DNA from: Candidatus Aenigmatarchaeota archaeon
Lineage (GTDB): Archaea; Aenigmatarchaeota; Aenigmatarchaeia; JACPZZ01
Reading direction: 5' to 3'
NCBI GenBank assembly: GCA_016202795.1
Contig: JACQNY010000111.1
Location: 1 to 18,792 of the forward strand
DNA: 18,792 bases
The notes below the pieces were generated by a model. The model worked only from the letters and a program-made list of their open reading frames with translations. It made no database searches and was not told where the DNA came from. The translations under genes and the position numbers were made by a program. This document shows positions 8,712 through 16,820 of this stretch, in pieces (within the stretch, counting starts at the first letter, position 1; each line of letters starts with the position of its first letter).

Positions 8712-9184
8712 ATCTTTTTCACGCTGACCGAATTATTTTCAATCTCAATTACCGCGCAACGCGATTTTTTATCAACGCCTAAACCTGTTGCAGAACCGGG
8801 ATTCACAAATGTTATTCCGTTTCTTTGCCAAACGTCCTGCTCGTGCGTATGCCCGTAAATTAGGATATCCGCGCCGTATCTTTTCGCTATTGCGAACAAC
8901 TGGTCTTTATCGCCTCTCGGACGCACGTCGTCGCTGTGCGTAATAACTATGTTTTTTCCTTCTATATCAATTCGTTCAATTTTCGGAAATCCCAGATGAT
9001 CCATATTTCCGCGCACAATTTTGTGCTGTTTGCCAGAGTTTTTAACAAATTCAACAATTTCTTCGCCGGTTAAATCGCCAGTGCATACTATAAAATCGCA
9101 GGCGTAAAGTTCTTTGCGTATTTCATCTGGTATTTTGCTCGTGCGGTCCGGGACATGCGAATCGCCAAAAATGCCGATCTTCAT
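8708..9184 (-). CDS. YfcE/MJ0936-family metallophosphoesterase
   Basis: GDSH, CTGDLTG, GNMD, ITHSDD, GHTHEQ and NPGS motifs of the calcineurin-like phosphoesterase family. Confidence 0.9.
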   Translation of the reverse strand: MKIGIFGDSHVPDRTSKIPDEIRKELYACDFIVCTGDLTGEEIVEFVKNSGKQHKIVRGNMDHLGFPKIERIDIEGKNIVITHSDDVRPRGDKDQLFAIAKRYGADILIYGHTHEQDVWQRNGITFVNPGSATGLGVDKKSRCAVIEIENNSVSVKKI

Positions 9185-9190
9185 GAAAAT

Positions 9191-10513
9191 TCACATCTTC
9201 ATTCCGAACTGCTTGGCTAATTGGGCAAAGCCCCCGCGTTTAAGATTTTTTCCGCCCACCATCTTCATCATTTTTTTCGTTCGGTCGTAATGTTTTATCA
9301 GTTCTTTGATATCTTCGTCTTTTAATCCAGATCCTAATGCTATTCTCGTTATCCTCGACGCGTCGATTACAGAAGGGTCTTGCTTCTCCTTATCCGTCAT
9401 CGAATCCATCGCAATTTTCCATTTTGCCATCTGCTTTTCCTGTACTTCCAAAATTCCCTCGGGCATTTTCAATCCCGGTATCATCTGCATAACCTGCTTT
9501 AATGGTCCCATTTTTTTTATTGATTCGATCTGCTCGTAAAAATCCTGCAACGAATATTTTCCGCTCATCATATTTTCCGCGGACTTCGTCAATTCAGGAG
9601 ACTTAATTTCCTCAGCCTTCTCGATAAGGCTTTGCAAATCGCCGTAACCGATTAACCGTGAAACGAAGCGTTTCGGGTCGTATTGCTCAAAATCGTCGAC
9701 CTTCTCGCCGATACCAATGAATTTTATAGGCGCTTTGACTATGGAACAAGAGCTTAACGCCGCGCCTCCTTTTGCGGTCCCGTCCATTTTCGTCACTATG
9801 ACGCCTGTTATGCCAACTAGCTTCGCAAACTCTTCTGACTGTTTTCCTGCGACCTGGCCAATTTCGGCAGGTATGACTAAAAAAACTTCATCCGGCATTA
9901 TCGTGTCCTTCAAATTTTTAAGTTCGTTAGCCAGGTCGGCGTCCAATGCGTTGCGTCCTGCAGAATCAAAAATGATAACGTCGCGGTCAGAGAATTTTTT
10001 AATCGCCTCGCTCGCTGTTTTAGCAGCGTCGCTGCCCGAAGCGTAAGACGGAACACCGATTTGACTGCCCAGTTGTATAACCTGTTCCTGCGCAGCCGGG
10101 CGGAACGTATCGCAACCGACCAACGCCGGCTTCAGACCTTTGCGCAGGAAAAACCTGGCTAGTTTCGCAGACGTTGTTGTTTTACCCGAACCAAACAAAC
10201 CGACTAAAAGTATTTTCTGTTTTTTTAACTCTACAGAACCGGTTTCGCGGCCTAAAAAGTTAACAAGCTCGTCGTAAACGGTTTTTATCATATGTTCCTT
10301 GGCTGTAATTCCGGCTGTCGGTTTTTCGTTAAGAACCCGGTCCCGTATTTTGTTAGACAGGTTAAAAACCAATTTCACGTCAACGTCAGCCTGCAGCAAG
10401 GCGCGCTGCAGATCTCGTATAAACTCGTCTACAATAGCCTTATCAACGAATCCTTTGCCAGTAATTTTGCGCAAAGCGTTTGAAAGCGCTTCGCCCAGCT
10501 TATCCAAAACCAT
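9191..10513 (-). CDS. srp54: Signal recognition particle GTPase SRP54
   Basis: LLVGLFGSGKTTTSAKLARFF (G1), DTFRPAAQEQ, DSAGR, TKMDGTAKGGAALS and a C-terminal M domain. Start set at the internal ATG (10513), MVLDKLGEALSNALRKITG, the usual SRP54 N terminus. Confidence 0.95.
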   Translation of the reverse strand: MVLDKLGEALSNALRKITGKGFVDKAIVDEFIRDLQRALLQADVDVKLVFNLSNKIRDRVLNEKPTAGITAKEHMIKTVYDELVNFLGRETGSVELKKQKILLVGLFGSGKTTTSAKLARFFLRKGLKPALVGCDTFRPAAQEQVIQLGSQIGVPSYASGSDAAKTASEAIKKFSDRDVIIFDSAGRNALDADLANELKNLKDTIMPDEVFLVIPAEIGQVAGKQSEEFAKLVGITGVIVTKMDGTAKGGAALSSCSIVKAPIKFIGIGEKVDDFEQYDPKRFVSRLIGYGDLQSLIEKAEEIKSPELTKSAENMMSGKYSLQDFYEQIESIKKMGPLKQVMQMIPGLKMPEGILEVQEKQMAKWKIAMDSMTDKEKQDPSVIDASRITRIALGSGLKDEDIKELIKHYDRTKKMMKMVGGKNLKRGGFAQLAKQFGMKM

Positions 10514-10590
10514 GGTATCAACTATAATATGCCGTAGCAATAAAAAGCGGCTACAATGTTGCTAAAATACGTTATTTGACGATGATTAGA

Positions 10591-10600
10591 TTTATATATT
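10591..10600 (+). promoter_or_regulatory. Putative TATA box for the orphan gene at 10629
   Basis: AGATTTATATATTG about 30-38 nt upstream of the ATG. Confidence 0.45.
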
Positions 10601-10628
10601 GTAACTACTAATCAGTGGGATCGATATT

Positions 10629-11366
10629 ATGCTGAATTTGTTTAAGGATTTGTTCGGTGAAAGTGTTCTTGTAGTACAAGGTGTCGCAGAAGCCCACCCG
10701 GCCTCCATTTTAAACAACGCATTAAACGCGCTTGGTATGAAATTTGACGGTCAGCCCGAGGATGGGCCGATTGATCTAGATTATCTTAGGGAAATGGCAA
10801 AAAATGAGAGAGTTGAAAGGGCGTATTGGGATGGCTGGAAGCATCTGGTGTCGTGTTTTGCGAACGATTACAACGCCTACAAATGGGCTGCTGGGGAAAT
10901 AGAACGTGCGCAATCCATATCACTTGAGGAAAGGCGAATGGTTCAATCGCTCAGGCCGAAAACACTTTACGTAGAAGGCTGTTCTGAATTTCCGTCGTCT
11001 GTTGTTGGTCTTGTCGCTAAAAGAATGGGCTCCAACGTTGTGTGCCTTGATGAAGGTTTCGAGCCCTATCTCGAATGGCAAAAAAGCAAATTCAAAATCG
11101 ACCTTTCCTATGTTCAGAGAGGCCGTGAAGCTCATTGGTTGCAAATGGTCCGGGAAAACAAACCTCACAGAAACTCCTTGATGATAGCTGGAAGAAGTCA
11201 TTTAATAACGCCGTCACAGGAAGATATTTTGAAAAGCCCTTCAAGGCGTTACATTGGCAATTTTCCAGATTTATTGAGATGTGCAGGGATAAGGTTTTCC
11301 ATGTATGCTGATTTGAGTCAGCCTGAATTGGCTGTAAGAGCGGCGCCCGCTCTGTATCGTGCATGA
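10629..11366 (+). CDS. Uncharacterised protein; possible distant TraB/ChaN (TIKI-like) superfamily member
   Basis: 245 aa ORF with an upstream TATA box. Motif pattern LRPKTLYVEG ... GREAHWLQMVRENKPHRNSLMIAGRSHL resembles TraB/ChaN-type EG/R/GxxH signatures. No confident family assignment. Confidence 0.7.
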   Translation: MLNLFKDLFGESVLVVQGVAEAHPASILNNALNALGMKFDGQPEDGPIDLDYLREMAKNERVERAYWDGWKHLVSCFANDYNAYKWAAGEIERAQSISLEERRMVQSLRPKTLYVEGCSEFPSSVVGLVAKRMGSNVVCLDEGFEPYLEWQKSKFKIDLSYVQRGREAHWLQMVRENKPHRNSLMIAGRSHLITPSQEDILKSPSRRYIGNFPDLLRCAGIRFSMYADLSQPELAVRAAPALYRA

Positions 11367-11374
11367 CTTTTCGT

Positions 11375-12418
11375 CTAACTGAACAATCTCTCAACTATTT
11401 TTCCCGGATCAAACTCTTCCAAATCATCGTAGCCCTGCCCGACTCCTAAAAATAAAATCGGTTTTTTTATTGTGTGCGTCGCCGATAAAATCGCGCCGCC
11501 TTTTTCGTAAACATCCGCCTTAGTGAAAACAATCGCATCAACGCCAACAGCCTCGTCGAATTTCTTCGCCTGCTCGACGATATCGTTGCCCGTCAAACTA
11601 TCAAGAACAAGTATTTTCATTGCCGGCTTGTTAACGCGGCATACTTTTTTCAACTCGTCCATTAAATTCGCATTCACATGCGTCCTTCCTGCCGTGTCCG
11701 CTAAAACGACATCTATGTTATGCGCCGTTGCGTACTTCATCGAGTCGAATATCACGGCCGCGGAATCCGCTCCATAGCCGTGCTTGATAACCTTTATTCC
11801 AAGTCTGTCGCCGTGCGCCTGCAACTGCTCTATGCTCGCTGCTCTGAAAGAATCTCCGGCAGCGAAAACGCAGCTCATTCCTTTATTTTTTAAGTGGTTT
11901 CCGATGCGCGCCAACGTTGTTGTCTTGCCCGCGCCGTTAAATCCTATTAACAAAAAAAGCACGGGCCTGTCTTTGCTTTTTACAAAATCGACGGTGTTAA
12001 TTTTTTCCTGCGCCAATATGCCGGAAACGCTTTTCCTCAGAGTTTCTTTGACAATATCCTCGACTTTGGCGCGCTTTACGCTCCTGCCGGAAAGGTTTTT
12101 TTCAACATCGCCGCATATTTTCTAGGCGACTTCTATCGCGACGTCATTTTCCATCAAGCCGATTTTCAAGTCGTCGATAATGTTTTCTATGTCCTCGGGT
12201 TTGATTGTTACTTCGGTTATTTTCTTTGTAAATTTTTTCGTTATCTTTTCAAAAAATCCCTGATTCTTTGCATCAGATTCGCTTTCAACTTCAATGGATT
12301 CTGGTTTTATTTCTCCGGTTTTATTCAGCTCTTTGGCCGCTTCCTCCGGTTTTTTAGAAACAGCCTTTGCTATGTTGCCTATCGATTCTTTGATCTTCTT
12401 TTTCAGAAATCCGAACAT
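11375..12418 (-). pseudogene. ftsY: SRP receptor GTPase FtsY, interrupted by a single in-frame UAG (codon at 12122..12124)
   Basis: N part (12122..12418) MFGFLKKKIKES...FFEKITKKFTKKITEVTIKPEDIENIIDDLKIGLMENDVAIEVA, then TAG, then in the same frame KICGDVEKNLSGRSVKRAKVEDIVKETLRKSVSGILAQEKINTVDFVKSKDRPVLFLLIGFNGAGKTTTLARI...DTAGRTH...TKAD...GVGQGYDDLEEFDPGKIVERLFS. Typed as pseudogene for lack of an 'interrupted CDS' option; it may be functional. Confidence 0.9.
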
Positions 12419-12445
12419 TCTATCACTCGGCAGGCTTCTAATCGC

Positions 12446-12892
12446 TTACTTTGGCCGTTCAGAATAATTCATTTCGCCGGCAAGGCTTTCTATTTCCGGC
12501 AATATGGACTGGATCTGTGCCGTTACGCTTCCCATGTCTTTCAGCAATTTCGTGTAAGATCCTTCCATTTCTTTCATTCTTTGCCCCAATATCTTTCCCG
12601 CCTCTTCTCTGTTTTCCTTGACCACTATGTCCGAGCCGATCGCTATCATTATTTCATCCACGTCGTCAATTTTTCCGTGTACAAACGTACCTGCACCAAG
12701 AGGTATTAATGCGCTGCTTCGGTGGTCGATCTCGTCCAGCGCGTTTATAGTGGCCTGTGTTTCGAGGATTGCGGATTGCATAGCCTCGGCCTGTTTGCTC
12801 ATGTTATCCAGCTGCTCTTTCAAGAACTGGTACAAAAAGTATTTCTGTTCGAGTTCTTTTTTCTTGTCTTCCAGCTTAATCGCCTTGAACAT
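12446..12892 (-). CDS. pfdA: Prefoldin subunit alpha
   Basis: 148-aa coiled-coil protein, LIPLGAGTFVHGKIDDVDEIMIAIGSDIVVKENREEAGKIL core, directly upstream of ftsY as in many archaea. Confidence 0.88.
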   Translation of the reverse strand: MFKAIKLEDKKKELEQKYFLYQFLKEQLDNMSKQAEAMQSAILETQATINALDEIDHRSSALIPLGAGTFVHGKIDDVDEIMIAIGSDIVVKENREEAGKILGQRMKEMEGSYTKLLKDMGSVTAQIQSILPEIESLAGEMNYSERPK

Positions 12893-12895
12893 TAA

Positions 12896-14323
12896 TCAGG
12901 GATAATACTTATATAACTTGGTGCCATTTTCCTCGCGGATTACCCGGAAATAAGAAGAATTTAGGCTCTTTTCAGTCACTACGTATTCGACGCCCCGCGT
13001 GATTAAGGTTTTCGCAGGGTCGTAATTTTTTCTGATTTCGTTTATCGCGTTTTTCCTGTCGTCCAGCAACCGCCTGTATTTTTCTGTGAAAACCTCCAGC
13101 TCGGATATGCGCGGGTTCATTGGGTATTTATGCGCTATCAACGCAAACCAAACCTCATAATCCCCGTCCACCAACACTAAGCTTTTCGAAGTGTCGTTAT
13201 TCCTGGCCCATTCTGCCAGGTTAGTTTGCGCTTGGTTTGGTATATCCTTGGAAACGCAGCAATTATGCAAGTTAATGGCATTTGTATAGGGGTTAAGCGC
13301 GACCAGAAACATCAAAGCCCCCAGAGCCGCAAATTTTCCAAGGCTGGTTTTTTTGGATAGATTAAAAACTCCCACGGCCGCAAGCGGCGGCGCGACAACC
13401 GCCAGCATGTCAGGAAATTTATACTGGGTCCCCGGCACATGAAAAATTGTGAATATGAATGTGAATAAAAAGGCTGCTATGGGAAAATATATTTTTTTTG
13501 TATATAGGTAAAACATTCCGGCCGTTGATAACAACAAAAGTATTGCGCCCATTCTGGAGCCTGGCATAACGCTGAAAAACATATCGCTGATTTTCTCGGC
13601 GCCCACGAAACCGGACTTATAATACCAGATCGTATTTTCCCATCTGTTGTTTATCGCATTATCGGCTATCTCCATGTATCTGGGCAACCAGACAACAGAT
13701 ATCAGAAAAGCTGCCAATACAAAGGCCGTGGCATGCTCGGATTTTATTTTCTTCCTGTCCATGAAATAATAAATCACAATCAACGCTGCCGTATACACGG
13801 CTGTAAAAGTGTGCGATAAAGCTGTTAGGCCGGAAAAGATTCCGGCGTTTATATAACTCCTTTTTGCAAGGAAATACAGAACAATAACAAGCAAGTTCAT
13901 CGACAACAATTGTGGATACTCGCCTGCGGCAAACACTTCTATCAGGCTGGCCTGGATTGCTCCGAAGAATGAGAATAAAACCGCTTCTTTTTCACCGAAA
14001 GCACGGCCGTAAATATAAAATGAAACCGGGAACAACGCGTATAAAAACAGCCCCATAAAAATCACTATTTTGTAAGTTTCAAACCCTGACGCGGATAACA
14101 GGAATGCGACCCAGTGGAAAAGCGGAGGATATGTGTACGCAACATCTGCCAACGGCTCCCACGTCCGCGGAATAAGGTTTGCAGGTATCAAGTATGTCGC
14201 TATCTCTGCATGCAATGCAGGATCGTACGTAAGAGGCAGCGGGCTTATTATTTTGTAGCCCGAAACCAGCAAATATACGGACAAAATAACCGGAACGAAA
14301 TAAGCATACTTTCTTAATTTCAC
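12896..14323 (-). CDS. Polytopic membrane protein, GT-C glycosyltransferase-like
   Basis: 475 aa, about 10 hydrophobic segments, PLTYDPALHAEIA (acidic first-loop motif), YTYPPLFHWVAF, C-terminal soluble region. GTG start overlaps the upstream TGA (GTGA at 14320..14323). Confidence 0.6.
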   Translation of the reverse strand: MKLRKYAYFVPVILSVYLLVSGYKIISPLPLTYDPALHAEIATYLIPANLIPRTWEPLADVAYTYPPLFHWVAFLLSASGFETYKIVIFMGLFLYALFPVSFYIYGRAFGEKEAVLFSFFGAIQASLIEVFAAGEYPQLLSMNLLVIVLYFLAKRSYINAGIFSGLTALSHTFTAVYTAALIVIYYFMDRKKIKSEHATAFVLAAFLISVVWLPRYMEIADNAINNRWENTIWYYKSGFVGAEKISDMFFSVMPGSRMGAILLLLSTAGMFYLYTKKIYFPIAAFLFTFIFTIFHVPGTQYKFPDMLAVVAPPLAAVGVFNLSKKTSLGKFAALGALMFLVALNPYTNAINLHNCCVSKDIPNQAQTNLAEWARNNDTSKSLVLVDGDYEVWFALIAHKYPMNPRISELEVFTEKYRRLLDDRKNAINEIRKNYDPAKTLITRGVEYVVTEKSLNSSYFRVIREENGTKLYKYYP

Positions 14324-14730
14324 TTTCTGGCCTCTTGTTTGAAATAATCTTTCAGAATTTTGCTGTGGTCAAAGGCGAGCTTCATGCTTCCAATTTCCTT
14401 TTCTGAGAACAAAGCCGCCTCTTCTGCGTCGTCGCCGCTTTTCAACTTCCCAGATATTTTTTTTGCCGAAAATGCTATCGCAACTCGATGTTCATTGTCA
14501 GGATTTCTTTTAGGGTCTGAATAGACTCCGATTAATCCTATCAACCTTGTTTTCAATCCTGTTTCTTCCTTCGCCTCCCGTACCGCAGCATGTTCCACTT
14601 TCTCCATGTAATTCACATGGCCGCCGGGCAGCGCCCAATAGCCCTTAAAGCCGCGCCCACGCCTCTTTATCAAAACTATTTTTCCTACTATTTCTATGAC
14701 CGCGTCGACTGTCAGTGTTGTACGCTTCAT
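14320..14730 (-). CDS. Nudix hydrolase
   Basis: Nudix box GGHVNYMEKVEHAAVREAKEETGL matches GX5EX7REUXEEXGU. Confidence 0.92.
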   Translation of the reverse strand: MKRTTLTVDAVIEIVGKIVLIKRRGRGFKGYWALPGGHVNYMEKVEHAAVREAKEETGLKTRLIGLIGVYSDPKRNPDNEHRVAIAFSAKKISGKLKSGDDAEEAALFSEKEIGSMKLAFDHSKILKDYFKQEARK

Positions 14731-14738
14731 TTTACTGC

Positions 14739-15077
14739 CTACAAAAGTTTTATGTCACCGGTAATTTTATCTATCTTCTCGTCGGCTGCGGGTCCTATGG
14801 CCAGAGCTGTTATCGTTCCCGCGTCCAGCTGGGTCAACCCGGCATCAGCGACCAGGAAACACGGTAGTCGCATTCTTCTAGCCTTGTGGTACAAATCCCT
14901 GATAAGATTTTCGCCGGAAACTTTCAGCGCTATTTTCTTGGAACCGGCCATATTCCACGAACTCAGAACGTTCTCGTCAGCTTCCATTGCAGCTCCGATC
15001 GAAGCGTGGCAGGCCTGAGCTATTTTTTTCCCTACAGACATTTTTATGTCTGTACGGACCAGAATAACCTGTTTCAC
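14739..15077 (-). CDS. pth2: Peptidyl-tRNA hydrolase, archaeal/eukaryotic type (Pth2)
   Basis: VKQVILVRTDIKMSVGKKIAQACHASIGAAM...CFLVADAGLTQLDAGTITALAIGP. GTG start at 15077 is preceded by GGAGG and overlaps the upstream TGA as GTGA (15074..15077). Ends with TAG. Confidence 0.92.
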   Translation of the reverse strand: MKQVILVRTDIKMSVGKKIAQACHASIGAAMEADENVLSSWNMAGSKKIALKVSGENLIRDLYHKARRMRLPCFLVADAGLTQLDAGTITALAIGPAADEKIDKITGDIKLL

Positions 15078-15694
15078 CTGCCCGCCTCCTTCACAGAATA
15101 CAAAATCCTCTGCATAACCGTTACGAATGACAATAAAATCAGTGATAGAACAACGTAAGATATTACCCAAGTCCCGTAATAAAACGAAATCGCAACTGAA
15201 ATTAACAATATTGAAACGCGCTCAAATCTTTCCAACAGGCCGCCCATCGATCGTAATTTATCCGCACCCGTGACGATTTTTTTGTGGTCCGCGTAAGCTC
15301 TGGTGTAAGAAGTCATTGTGCTCAGGAAAAGCAGGACCGCAAGCGCTATCTTGGAATCCAATAAAACATTTGGCAATTCGTAAAACATCAGGCCTACCAT
15401 TATAAAAGCCTCTACGAAACGGTCCGAGACGCCGTCGATGTAAGCGCCTTTTCTTGTTGTTTTTCTTGTATAACGCGCGACCGCGCCGTCGACATAGTCG
15501 ATTGCGAAGGCCGCAAAGAATAACGCCAAAGACTTCCCAAGGTCTTTATACACAGCCGAAAATGCGAATCCTGTAACAGCTAACACAAGCGATAACAATG
15601 TCCACTGGTTGGGTGTAACCGGCATTTTGGAAAATACGCTGCCCGTAATCTTTTCAACACACTCGATAAACGTGGGTCTTTTGGATTTTATCAA
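15074..15694 (-). CDS. CDP-alcohol phosphatidyltransferase family protein
   Basis: Motif DYVDGAVARYTRKTTRKGAYIDGVSDR fits DxxDGxxARx8GxxxDxxxD; multiple hydrophobic segments. Confidence 0.9.
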   Translation of the reverse strand: MIKSKRPTFIECVEKITGSVFSKMPVTPNQWTLLSLVLAVTGFAFSAVYKDLGKSLALFFAAFAIDYVDGAVARYTRKTTRKGAYIDGVSDRFVEAFIMVGLMFYELPNVLLDSKIALAVLLFLSTMTSYTRAYADHKKIVTGADKLRSMGGLLERFERVSILLISVAISFYYGTWVISYVVLSLILLSFVTVMQRILYSVKEAGR

Positions 15695-15695
15695 A

Positions 15696-16208
15696 TTACC
15701 AGGGCTCCTTTTTTGCGCCGATTTTATAGCCTATGATATTGGTCGCCAAATGCACCAAAGGCGTGATTATCACTATCAGCATTATCGTGTCCGCTCCTAT
15801 GCTGTAAATAAAAGACGCAAAAAAAATCGCGCCGGCAACAAAATCCAACTGGTCTAATAACAGGGCCGGTGAGCCGCGCTTTAACCCGAAACGGCGCTTT
15901 ACAAAGCCTCCGACAAGGTCGCCGAAAAGCGCGCCGAAGCCCAGCAACGCGCCGGATAAAGGATTCATCTGGAAGTGAAAATCCAAACTGTAAAAAATTT
16001 GCAGGAGGCTTTGCAAAAAGCCTATCACCGCTCCCAGCGCAACCCCCAAAGAAAAGCCTTCGAACGTCTTGCCTGCGCCAAAAATTGGGCGTCCGTCAAA
16101 AAAATTCCTTGAAAAATCCATCCTTAACCTGCCTCTGGCAAGCGTCGCGCCGCTATTCGCAAAATACGCAGGCAGTATCAGCCACAGCGCGCTGAAAACG
16201 TCAGACAT
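15696..16208 (-). CDS. carS: CDP-archaeol synthase
   Basis: MSDVFSALWLILPAYFANSGATLARG...RPIFGAGKTFEGFSLG...GALFGDLVGGFVKRRFGLKRGSPALLLDQLDFVAG is typical of CarS. Confidence 0.92.
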   Translation of the reverse strand: MSDVFSALWLILPAYFANSGATLARGRLRMDFSRNFFDGRPIFGAGKTFEGFSLGVALGAVIGFLQSLLQIFYSLDFHFQMNPLSGALLGFGALFGDLVGGFVKRRFGLKRGSPALLLDQLDFVAGAIFFASFIYSIGADTIMLIVIITPLVHLATNIIGYKIGAKKEPW

Positions 16209-16228
16209 ACGATTAATAAAAACTAATC

Positions 16229-16238
16229 AAAATATATA
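16229..16238 (-). promoter_or_regulatory. Putative TATA box for leaderless carS transcript
   Basis: On the minus strand AGTATATATTTTG sits about 21-30 nt upstream of the carS ATG at 16208; it is too close to the divergent ATG at 16241 to serve that gene. Confidence 0.4.
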
Positions 16239-16240
16239 CT

Positions 16241-16726
16241 ATGGATTTTTCGGCGTTTTCGGATCTGTTGATAAGCCAGTGGGGATATCTGGGAATATTA
16301 TTTGTCCAGTTAATTAGTTCTTCGACGATTTTGTTGCCGTTGCCCGGAATCGCGGTTGTGTTCCTGTACGGCGCGGTCCTCAACCCGTTAATCGTTGGTT
16401 TGTTCGCCGCTACAGGCAGCGCCTTAGGGGAGTTAACAGGTTACGCTGTCGGTTATGGTGGCCACAAGTTGATTATCAGTAAAAACAGGGAATTTTCGAA
16501 AAAAGTGCGCTCATTGTTCCACAGGTATAACCCGTTTTTCGTGATAATGTTTTTTTCTGTTATTCCGTTTCCTTTTGATGTTGTTGGCGTTTTATGCGGA
16601 CTTTCCAAATACGACATTAAGAAGTTCTTTATAGCGACGTTTATCGGCAACTGGATAAAGCTTTCCGCTGTCGCGTTGGCAGGTTTTCATGGCCTGCCGT
16701 GGGTGTTGAAAATATTCGGCGGATGA
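16241..16726 (+). CDS. VTT/DedA (SNARE-associated-like) membrane protein
   Basis: 161 aa: LPLPGIAVVFLYGAVLNPLIVGLFAATGSALGELTGYAVGYGG...FFSVIPFPFDVVGVLCGLSKYDIKKFFIATFIGNWIK. Confidence 0.82.
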   Translation: MDFSAFSDLLISQWGYLGILFVQLISSSTILLPLPGIAVVFLYGAVLNPLIVGLFAATGSALGELTGYAVGYGGHKLIISKNREFSKKVRSLFHRYNPFFVIMFFSVIPFPFDVVGVLCGLSKYDIKKFFIATFIGNWIKLSAVALAGFHGLPWVLKIFGG

Positions 16727-16737
16727 ATGGGTAGTTA

Positions 16738-16811
16738 GAAACATATGCATCGGAAAATGAAGCATACCGATACAGCATACGGTATGCTTCTAGCTGTCAA
16801 GCATATGTTTC
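16738..16811. repeat. Nested palindromic element downstream of the tRNA
   Basis: Outer arms GAAACATATGC (16738..16748) / GCATATGTTTC (16801..16811); inner arms GAAGCATACCG (16759..16769) / CGGTATGCTTC (16780..16790). All exact complements. Confidence 0.85.
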
Positions 16812-16820
16812 AGTTTACGA

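Noticed and set aside
7438-8858. Large + strand ORFs 7438..8139, 8012..8290, 8176..8514 and 8625..8858
   Set aside because: Antisense to Pus10 and the phosphoesterase, which have diagnostic motifs; sequence looks compositionally derived.
9306-10565. Other-strand ORFs across srp54
   Set aside because: Shadow ORFs opposite an unambiguous SRP54 GTPase.
11375-12418. Frameshift explanation for the ftsY interruption
   Set aside because: The two ORFs are in the same frame (offset 747 nt, divisible by 3) and the intervening codons continue FtsY sequence; only the TAG interrupts.
11375-12418. Pyrrolysine code or general UAG recoding as the leading explanation
   Set aside because: Several genes in the window end with TAG at their expected C termini, the homologous residue is Glu not Lys/Pyl, and no pyl genes are visible. 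Kept only as a low-probability option to test.
15078-15170. N-terminal extension of Pth2 in the ORF track (MGNILRCSITDF...)
   Set aside because: The conserved Pth2 N terminus begins at VKQVILVRTD; the GTG at 15077 has a GGAGG upstream and forms a GTGA overlap, so the longer start is not supported.
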